Source: Candidatus Heimdallarchaeota archaeon
GTDB lineage: Archaea > Asgardarchaeota > Heimdallarchaeia > Heimdallarchaeales > Heimdallarchaeaceae
Length of the DNA: 10,663 nucleotides
Assembly: GCA_030668825.1 (NCBI GenBank)
Contig: DAOVET010000089.1
Location: forward strand, 1 to 10,663
Reading direction: 5' to 3'
The notes under the pieces were generated by a model. It made no database searches. It saw nothing but the letters and a program-made list of their open reading frames with translations, and was not told the DNA's origin. Below are positions 1 to 7,400 of the stretch, piece by piece (the stretch's first letter is position 1; each line of letters begins with the position of its first letter). Both the position numbers and the translations under genes were made by a program.

Positions 1-732
1 TAAATCTGCATGTAACCAGTTTATTTGTTCATCAAATGTTCCTCCGTAATCGGGTACACAAGTATGTAAAGCTACAAAATGAATAGGTCCATAGTTAAAA
101 GAATAATATTCTTCTTTTCCAGGAAATGCAAAATTATTATAATAATTTGAACTATTTTTTTCATGATTACCCAGTGCTGACATAAAAGGAATTTTATTCA
201 GAAAAGTATTAAAATCATAGAACCAATTAGTCCATTGAAGTGCATCAAGACCAGAATCTACAAAATCTCCTGTGAATATGGCAAAATCTGCTGATACTTT
301 TGACATTTGCCTTGCTGAAAATACTCTGTCTGCTCGATTGTGTCTTGAATCTCCCATAGCAAAGAAGGTTGCATGGTCGCCTATGTTTCCTGTCTTAAAA
401 TCCCGATCTGAACTCCAAGTCTCTCCATTACCAACTCTAAAGTGATATGCTGTATTGGGAGCCAAACCTGTTAGCTCAATTACGTGATACAATCCTGAAG
501 ACCCTGTTTCCTCTAAACCATAAGTGCTATCGAGTCCATATTGTACAATAGACGAAGTGCTTTCAGATGTTTTCCAACTAATTGTCATGGTCGTGCTAGT
601 ATCATTTTGCCAACTAAGATGTACCTCTTTGGGATGAATCTCTTCAGCTGATACTTGAAAGAACTGGACTGAAGCTGGCATTATAAAAATCGATATTAAT
701 GTAATAACAAGTAATTTTCTTTTAGTACTCAT
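1..732 (-). CDS. Secreted metallophosphoesterase (purple-acid-phosphatase-like N-terminal FN3 domain + calcineurin-like catalytic domain); 3' end truncated by the window edge
   Basis: Manual translation from ATG at 732 is open for 244 codons to position 1: MSTKRKLLVITLISIFIMPASVQFFQVSAEEIHPKEVHLSWQNDTSTTMTISWKT...YHVIELTGLAPNTAYHFRVG...FFAMGDSR...FAIFTGDFVDSG...ALGNHE...YYSFNYGPIHFVAL...EQINWLHADL. It has a basic/hydrophobic signal peptide ending near VSA|EE, an FN3 signature (LTGLxPNTxYxFRV), and metallophosphoesterase motifs GD, GDxV and GNHE. Confidence 0.9.
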   Translation of the reverse strand, partial: MSTKRKLLVITLISIFIMPASVQFFQVSAEEIHPKEVHLSWQNDTSTTMTISWKTSESTSSIVQYGLDSTYGLEETGSSGLYHVIELTGLAPNTAYHFRVGNGETWSSDRDFKTGNIGDHATFFAMGDSRHNRADRVFSARQMSKVSADFAIFTGDFVDSGLDALQWTNWFYDFNTFLNKIPFMSALGNHEKNSSNYYNNFAFPGKEEYYSFNYGPIHFVALHTCVPDYGGTFDEQINWLHADL

Positions 733-755
733 CAAGTATAATAAAAAATTTACAC

Positions 756-768
756 AATTTAAAGTTTG
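756..768 (-). promoter_or_regulatory. Putative archaeal BRE/TATA promoter for the phosphoesterase (probably leaderless transcript)
   Basis: Minus strand reads CAAAC-TTTAAATT (TATA-like element 763-756), ending about 24 nt upstream of the ATG at 732. There is no SD motif. Confidence 0.5.
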
Positions 769-816
769 CTTACCTTTTTATGAAGAAAGCAGATGCAAAA
801 AGTGAGTAAGTGGATG

Positions 817-984
817 TTATTTCTGATTTCCCATTGTTGTTGTAGATAATTTTCGTCTAAGCTTTCTATTGGTAACTCCTTTATTCAGTTTTCGGATAAC
901 CCATAAAATAAAACCAGATAAAAGTCCAAAGAAACCAATTACTATGAAAACACTAAATATTGTTGGGATGAATATTGGAGCCAT
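817..984 (-). CDS. Small (55 aa) single-pass membrane protein, function unknown
   Basis: MAPIFIPTIFSVFIVIGFFGLLSGFILWVIRKLNKGVTNRKLRRKLSTTTMGNQK*. It has one long hydrophobic stretch followed by a strongly basic tail (positive-inside rule), an AGGTG SD-like motif at 999-995, and fills the gap between two same-strand genes. It is absent from the ORF track, probably because it is too short. Confidence 0.65.
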   Translation of the reverse strand: MAPIFIPTIFSVFIVIGFFGLLSGFILWVIRKLNKGVTNRKLRRKLSTTTMGNQK

Positions 985-1020
985 TGTTATCTAACACCTA
1001 CTCAAAGAAAATCTTATACA

Positions 1021-1033
1021 TTTTTAAACTTTT
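1021..1033 (-). promoter_or_regulatory. Putative archaeal BRE/TATA promoter for the small membrane protein
   Basis: Minus strand AAAAG-TTTAAAAA (1033-1021), about 37 nt upstream of ATG 984, leaving room for a short leader around the AGGTG motif. Confidence 0.4.
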
Positions 1034-1053
1034 ATGTTGGAGAATTAATGTCG

Positions 1054-1803
1054 CTAGTTTATGATTATCAAGTTATTTGATTCATTTATATGAACATCTA
1101 CTCGCATTTTGTTAGGTGATTCAAGTCTTAGCTCCCCGGTATTAGAAATACCTCTACATAAATACACTTCAGATTTGTACGAGTGTTTTTTATTCATGTT
1201 GAGTGAGTTCATATTAAACAAGGAAATTATTTTCTCGTAGTTCTCCTCCATAACTAAATTAACATACTCAAATATACATTCTGAAAGGATTCTAGTGAAT
1301 TCATTTTTCTGAATTTGATTTCTAGTAACTTCTTCTAAACTTGTAGCTCTTAACCGTTCAAAAGCTATAGTATTTTCTTCTTTTAATTCAATATTAATTC
1401 CTATTCCCAATAGTAAATATTCTGATTGTAAAGATACCAACTCGAGTAATATTCCACCTAATTTTCTATTTTTGAAAACTATGTCGTTTGGCCATTTTAC
1501 TAAGATTTCAGTTCCATATTTTTTCTTAATAGCTTGTTGAATAGCTAGAGCTGCAGCATAGTGCAAAAAACTATATTGTCTAGGTTGCAATTTGGATGAT
1601 AGTGGGAATGCAAAAGTTCCATATAAACCTCCGTCTGGTGAAAACCAGTCTGAATCCTGCCTTCCCCTCCCCTCTGTTTGTTGTTTAGCCACTACTAGAA
1701 TTGGGTGATCTATATCATTCTTAAGATGCTCGATTATTGCATCCATTGTTGAAGATACCTTTTCATAATGAACAGTGTTCATATAATCTATTCTATGTGT
1801 CAC
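1054..1803 (-). CDS. birA: Biotin--[acetyl-CoA carboxylase] ligase (group I, no N-terminal HTH)
   Basis: Motifs SSTMD, QTEGRGR...WFSP-GGLY, KWPNDI, KLGGILLE and GIGIN are BPL signatures. At 249 aa there is no room for a DNA-binding domain. The start is GTG 1803 (supported by TATA spacing) or ATG 1782. Confidence 0.93.
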   Translation of the reverse strand: MTHRIDYMNTVHYEKVSSTMDAIIEHLKNDIDHPILVVAKQQTEGRGRQDSDWFSPDGGLYGTFAFPLSSKLQPRQYSFLHYAAALAIQQAIKKKYGTEILVKWPNDIVFKNRKLGGILLELVSLQSEYLLLGIGINIELKEENTIAFERLRATSLEEVTRNQIQKNEFTRILSECIFEYVNLVMEENYEKIISLFNMNSLNMNKKHSYKSEVYLCRGISNTGELRLESPNKMRVDVHINESNNLIIIN

Positions 1804-1826
1804 AAGACCGCAACAGAATTGGTATG

Positions 1827-1842
1827 TTATAAAGCTTTTTTC
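1827..1842 (-). promoter_or_regulatory. Archaeal BRE + TATA box for birA
   Basis: Minus strand GAAAAAAGC-TTTATAA: a purine-rich BRE-like run directly followed by TTTATAA (1833-1827), ending about 24 nt before the GTG at 1803, which is canonical spacing for a leaderless archaeal mRNA. Confidence 0.6.
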
Positions 1843-1899
1843 ATTATTTCGTCATAAAAGAAGATGTCGTTTTTATTCGACTCTATATAACTAATACTA

Positions 1900-3477
1900 A
1901 TGTATCTAAATCATAAGAATAGAGCTAGTGATGGAGAAAAAAAGATCTATTCTAAGCTCCATGAGAAGAGAAAGAAAAGTTTGGAAGGAGGAGGGGAAAA
2001 GAGGGTAGAGAATCAGCATAAGAAAGGTAAACTTACAGCAAGAGAAAGAATTGAATTACTTGTTGATGAGAACTCTTTTGTCGAAATAGATTCTTTAGTT
2101 ACACATCAATCTACAAAATTTAATCTTGAAAACAACAAGCCATTAGGAGATGGAGTGGTAACAGGTCATGCAACTATTGCTGAGAGACAAGTTTTCATTT
2201 ACAGTCAAGATTTCACAGTTTTTGGAGGAAGTTTAGGGAGAGCTCAAGCAACAAAGATTTGCAAATTAATGGAGCTTGCAATTAAAACTGGAAATCCAAT
2301 TCTTGGCATATTAGATTCAGGTGGAGCAAGAATTCAAGAAGGAGTTGCATCATTAGCTGGTTATGGAGATATTTTCTTCCGGAATATTCAAGCTTCTGGA
2401 GTGATACCTCAGATTTCTATTATTCTTGGTCCATGTGCAGGCGGAGCGGTTTACTCACCTGCTTTAACAGATTTTGTTTTAATGAATAAAGAAAATTCAT
2501 TTATGTTTGTTACTGGTCCAGAAGTTGTAAAAGCCGTTACAGGGGAGGAAATATCCTTCTACGATTTAGGTGGAAGTGGTGTCCATAGCAAGAAAACAGG
2601 TGTGAGTCATTTAGTTGGTGAAAGTGAAGAAGAAACTTTGGACTTAGCTAGAAAACTACTTTCTTATTTACCTTCAAACAATTTGAATGATCCTCCATTT
2701 GACCCAGAAGTAATAGAAGAAAGTGAACAGATCTCGCTTCGCGAATTAATTCCAGATGAAGAGAATGAACCTTATGATATGAAAAGCATCATAGGAACAA
2801 TTGCTGATTCTGACAGTTTTCTAGAATTGAATGAAGATTGGGCTAAAAACATCATAGTAGGTTTTGCTAGAATGCAAGGGTTTACTGTAGGAATTATTGC
2901 AAATCAACCTCTTTTCTTGGGCGGAGCAATTGATTATAATGCAGCAGATAAAGCTTCTCGATTCATTCGTTTTTGTGATTCTTTCAACATTCCAATATTG
3001 ACATTTGTTGATGTTCCTGGTTTTCTACCAGGTGTCAAACAAGAACATGAAGGGATAATCAGACATGGTGCAAAGCTGCTCTATGCTTATTCAGAGGCAA
3101 CCATTCCAAAGATTTCTATTATTGTACGAAAAGCATATGGAGGAGCTTACATAGTGATGAGTTCCAAGCACCTAGGGACAGATATTAATCTAGCTTGGCC
3201 TTCAGCTCAGATAGCTGTTATGGGAGCAGAAGGGGCAGTTCGAATTCTATACAGAAACAGATTGAAAGAAGAAGAGGAACCTGAGAAAGTTCTTGAGGAA
3301 TTCACTCACAAATTCAAAGAAGAATTCGCAAACCCTTACCAATCAGCAGAATTAGGATATATTGACAAAGTAATTTTTCCTGAAGAAACTAGAAGCGAAA
3401 TTGTTGCTTCTTTACATTTGCTTCAAAATAAGAGAGAACAGTCTCCCAAAAGAAAACATGGAATTTCTCCAGTTTAA
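1900..3477 (+). CDS. pccB: Acyl-CoA (acetyl/propionyl-CoA) carboxylase carboxyltransferase beta subunit / methylmalonyl-CoA decarboxylase alpha family
   Basis: 525 aa with GGG...QHKKGKLTARERI, GDGVVTG, QDFTVFGGSLG, DSGGARIQEG, GPCAGGAVYSPALTDF, DVPGFLPG..QEHEGIIRHGAK, RKAYGGAY and C-terminal KRKHGISPV. Substrate specificity cannot be fixed from sequence alone. Confidence 0.93.
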   Translation: MYLNHKNRASDGEKKIYSKLHEKRKKSLEGGGEKRVENQHKKGKLTARERIELLVDENSFVEIDSLVTHQSTKFNLENNKPLGDGVVTGHATIAERQVFIYSQDFTVFGGSLGRAQATKICKLMELAIKTGNPILGILDSGGARIQEGVASLAGYGDIFFRNIQASGVIPQISIILGPCAGGAVYSPALTDFVLMNKENSFMFVTGPEVVKAVTGEEISFYDLGGSGVHSKKTGVSHLVGESEEETLDLARKLLSYLPSNNLNDPPFDPEVIEESEQISLRELIPDEENEPYDMKSIIGTIADSDSFLELNEDWAKNIIVGFARMQGFTVGIIANQPLFLGGAIDYNAADKASRFIRFCDSFNIPILTFVDVPGFLPGVKQEHEGIIRHGAKLLYAYSEATIPKISIIVRKAYGGAYIVMSSKHLGTDINLAWPSAQIAVMGAEGAVRILYRNRLKEEEEPEKVLEEFTHKFKEEFANPYQSAELGYIDKVIFPEETRSEIVASLHLLQNKREQSPKRKHGISPV

Positions 3478-3481
3478 GGTG
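3476..3481 (+). promoter_or_regulatory. SD-like motif (AAGGTG) overlapping the pccB stop, 6 nt before ATG 3488
   Basis: Sequence ...gtttAAGGTGttattgATGaaa. This supports 3488 rather than TTG 3401 as the megasynthase start and suggests co-transcription with pccB. Confidence 0.6.
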
Positions 3482-3487
3482 TTATTG

Positions 3488-4440
3488 ATGAAAACTAAGA
3501 AACAATTAAAAAAAGAACTTAGATTAAACGAAATAATTTGGGGTTATTCTCCAAAGGGAATAAGTAATCCTCAATTAGCAATTGAACTTTCATTGAATGG
3601 TGGAATTGGTTTAATTGATCTTGAAGGATTAGAAGAAAGTGTTTCGAAAAAAATAATTGAGACTTGTTCAAGTAAGATTCCTTCAGATAAACTGTGGGGA
3701 GTTCGATTCCCTGATGTAGAATCTTTATCGGTTCTATCTGAAGTTGACTCAATACCCATTGGAATTATAGCTTTTGAGGTAGAACAAGACGATTTAGTAA
3801 AACTAGTTTCAAAGCTTAAATGGAAAGTTGCTGAAGTTGTAAATTTGGATGAGGCTCAAAAAAGAACAGACTGGGTAGATTTCTTTTTAGTAAAAGGGTT
3901 TGAATCAGGAGGAAAAATAAGTGATCAAACATCTTTTATTTTGATTCAAGAATTCAATAAGGCTGGATTTCCTTTTATTATTCAAGGAGGTTTTGGTGTC
4001 TATAACATAGTTACAGCTATAGTAGGGGGGGCACTAGGAGTAGTTCTAGAAGGACAACTTTTTCTTCTTCCTGAATGTCCCCTTAGTTCGTTGACCAAAG
4101 AATACCTAGAAAAGCTTGATGAGAACGATACATACATTGCAGGAGAAAGCTTCTCAAACAAATACAGATTGATAGGTAAAATTGCAAATAATTCTATTCG
4201 AGAATTGAAGAAATTTGAGAAAAAAATCTCTGATAAAGGTGAAGAAGAACTACAAGAATTTTTGAAACAACTCTCTAGTAAATCTCATTTCTTTGATTCA
4301 GAAGAAATAAAACATTCATTCCTACCTTGTGATATAGGTTTAAGTTTTGCTCCATTTATAAAGGAAATTTTCGATGATTTAAGATCATTTTTAACTGCAA
4401 TTCAAGACATCATTCAAGACCAAATCAAAACAGTTTCTAC
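3488..4440 (+). other. Domain: degenerate FabK/nitronate-monooxygenase-like TIM barrel (copy 1)
   Basis: NGGIGLIDL...KVAEV...FFLVKGFESGGKI...FPFIIQGGFG...GALGVVLEGQL. It follows the pattern of the FMN barrel, but Lys (3914-3916) sits where ExGGH has His. Boundaries are approximate. Confidence 0.6.
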
Positions 4441-7400
4441 TAACTGGCCTTTTGAAGAAGAAAGCGAATTTGCAAAAAGCCTAAAAATTACCTTTCCTAT
4501 CATTCAAGGCCCTATGGCCAATATTACAGATAAGACTGATTTTGCAATTAAAGTAGCAGAAGAAGGAGCATTACCAGTTTTAGCTATGGGAGGACTATTG
4601 AAAAAAGAAGCTGAGGAACTATTTGCAGAATTCAACTCGAAATTTCCTGAAAATCAGAATTATGCAGGAGGAATTATCGGTCTAGAGGTAATGAAAGAGA
4701 GAAGAGAAGCTCATATATCTCTAATGGTTCAGAACAAAACCCCTATCTGTCTAATTGCAGCAGGATCTATTCAACTAGCAACTAGAATTCAAAAAATGGG
4801 GATGAAAACTATCATTCATACTCCAGCTTTAAGCTTATTCAAGGAAGCTATAAAATATGGTCACCAATATGTAATTTTAGAAGGCTGTGAATGTGGAGGG
4901 CATATAGGTAATCTTACATCTTTAACGCTCTGGGAATCAATCTTACAGTATCTCAGTAATAATGCAGATCAGATATCTGACAAAATCAACATTGTATATG
5001 CTGGAGGTATAGGAGATGAACTTGGAGCTGCTATGCTAGCAGGAATGATTGGGTGTCATCTAGATTTAATAAATCCTGGTATTCAGATGGGAACAGCTTA
5101 TCTTTTCACTGATGAGATTGTAAAAACAAAAGCTCTCACTTCACTGTATCAAGAAAAACTTCTTGATTCAAATATCACCAGAGTTATAGGTTCTACAGTT
5201 AATACACGAGCTCGTGCTGTACCCTCTGAATTTGTATCTAAGACAATTGAAAACGAACGAATTATGATTAAAGAAGGATTGTCTATAAGCGAAAGAAAGA
5301 AACTCTATGAAAAAGATAATTTAGGAGCTCTCAGAATTGCTGCAAAAGCTGAGAACTGGAATGAAGATTATGTACCAGGAGGAGATTCAACACAATTCAA
5401 TTTAGTTGATGAAAAAGAACATGATACTTTAGGATGTTTCATGGCAGGTGAAATTATCAGTTTGAAGCGTAATGTTGTTCAGATTAAAGACCTTCATTAT
5501 GATATTGTAGTGTCTGGTAAAGAACTATTCAGAAATAGAAGAAATTCAATTGAAAAGATGTTAGAAAGAGATATTGTTCATGATGTTCCAGAAATTCAAT
5601 GTTTGGAATTACCATCACAAAATAGAATTGCAATAGTTGGTTTAGGATGTATTTTTCCAGACTCTGCAAATATTGGTGAATATTGGGAAAACATAATTTC
5701 CAAGAAATATTCAATAACTGAAGTTCCAGATTCAAGATGGGATAAAAACATCCATTTTGATTAAGATAAAACAGCTCAAAATAAAACCTACTCCAAGATA
5801 GGGGCTTTTGTAAAAGATTACAAGTTTAATTCTATCAATTATCGAATTCCACCTAAAATATCAGATAGTATGGATGCAGTTCAGAAATGGTCCCTTGACG
5901 CTGCAAAGCAAGCTTTAGAAGATGCAGGTATCTCTATAGATGGAAAAAATAGACTTCCAATTGCAGTAATTATTGGAAATGCTTTAGGGGGGGAAAATCA
6001 AAGAATAACTAACAAAGGATTATTTGTTTCTGAATTCCTTTTTGAGCTAGAAAATAATGCAGTTTTCAAATCACTTGGTGAAAAAGAACAGAATTCTCTC
6101 TTACAAAATCTAAAAGAAAATTATGATGAGAAATTTCCTTCAATTACTGAAGATTCAATGCCTGGAGAATTGTCCAATGTTATATCCGGTCGTATTGCTA
6201 ATGTGTTTAATCTTACAGGTAAGTCTATGACTACTGATGCAGCTTGTGCTTCAAGTATAGCTGCTTTAGATACAGCTATTAAATCATTAACATCTGGTGA
6301 TTTCGATACAGCTTTGGTAGGTGGTGCAGATAGATCTATGGATGTTGCTTCTTATGTAAAATTTAGTAAGATTAGAGCTCTCTCTGCAAAAGGTTCTTGT
6401 CCTTTTGATGAAAGTGCTGATGGTTTTGTTATGGGAGAAGGTGCAGGATTTATGGTCTTGAAAAGATTGGAGGATGCTATTAGAGATGAAAACAAAATAT
6501 ATGCAGTCATCCCAGCTATTGGTTCATCTTCAGATGGTAAAGGGAAAAGTATAACCGCTCCAAATCCAGAGGGACAAAAACAAGCCATTTCAATGGCTCT
6601 CCGTTTAGCAGATTTAACAATAGATGAAATTGATTACATTGAAGCTCATGGTACATCAACTATTGTAGGTGACGCTGTAGAATTAAACGTTCTAAAAGAA
6701 GTTTTTAAGAACCGTAAGAATACAAAAAAACTTGCAGTAGGTTCCATAAAAAGTCAAATAGGTCATCTAAAGGCTGCTGCTGGAATTGCATCTCTGATAA
6801 AAACAACACTTACCATCTATAATAAGATATTACCACCTTCAATAAATGTTCAAACACTTAACCCAAAAATTGATTGGGATAAATCAAATTTAATAATAAA
6901 TAAAGAACCCATTGATTGGGGTGTAGAACAAGGAGTTCTTCGAAGGGCTGGAGTATCTGCTTTCGGTTTTGGTGGAACCAATTTTCACACAATATTGGAA
7001 GAATATTCACCTGAAAAAGTAAAATATATATTTGAAGAAAGCCCTCTTCCTGTTGCTGAAACAATTGATTTGACTTCCCCAAGTGAAATATCTCTTCAAA
7101 GTATCAAACCAAAATTAAGCTTCATGTTTACTGGACAAGGTAGTCAATATCTAGGCATGGCTAAACATCTTTATGAAAATTCTTCAATTGTAGCTCAAAC
7201 TTTTGAGAAAGCAGAAAAAATCTGGTACAGTTATTATAGCTATAGTCTAAAGGAAATAATATTTGGTTCAGAGAAACTCTCTGATGAGGCTAACAAGAAA
7301 AGATTAACTGATACTAAGTTTACTCAACCAGCTTTATTCGTTGTAGATATAGCTATAGCACGACTACTATCTGAAGAAGGTATACTACCTGATATTGTTT

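Noticed and set aside
1657-1686. Pyrimidine-rich tract cctgccttcccctcccctctg as a regulatory or G-quadruplex element
   Set aside because: It is simply the antisense of the codons for the conserved BirA QTEGRGRQ motif.
1931-1943. Alternative out-of-frame ATG 1931 before an A7 run (one more A would give MEKKKIYSKL...), suggesting slippage or a homopolymer error at the pccB start
   Set aside because: The in-frame ATG 1900 gives a normal-length protein and has a T-rich TATA-like element (1870-1877) at plausible spacing, so no frameshift is needed.
3401-3487. ORF-track start (TTG 3401) for the 787-aa ORF
   Set aside because: It overlaps the conserved pccB C-terminus by 77 nt. ATG 3488 has an AAGGTG SD-like motif and follows the pccB stop by 10 nt.
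3401-5764. Treating the 787-aa ORF as a complete stand-alone nitronate monooxygenase/enoyl reductase
   Set aside because: Its last ~46 residues are the start of a KS domain that continues in frame past the TAA.
5762-5764. Genome-wide stop-codon reassignment, selenocysteine or pyrrolysine
   Set aside because: The codon is TAA, not TGA or TAG. TAA terminates pccB at its conserved C-terminus, and no other in-frame TAA occurs in about 2390 codons.
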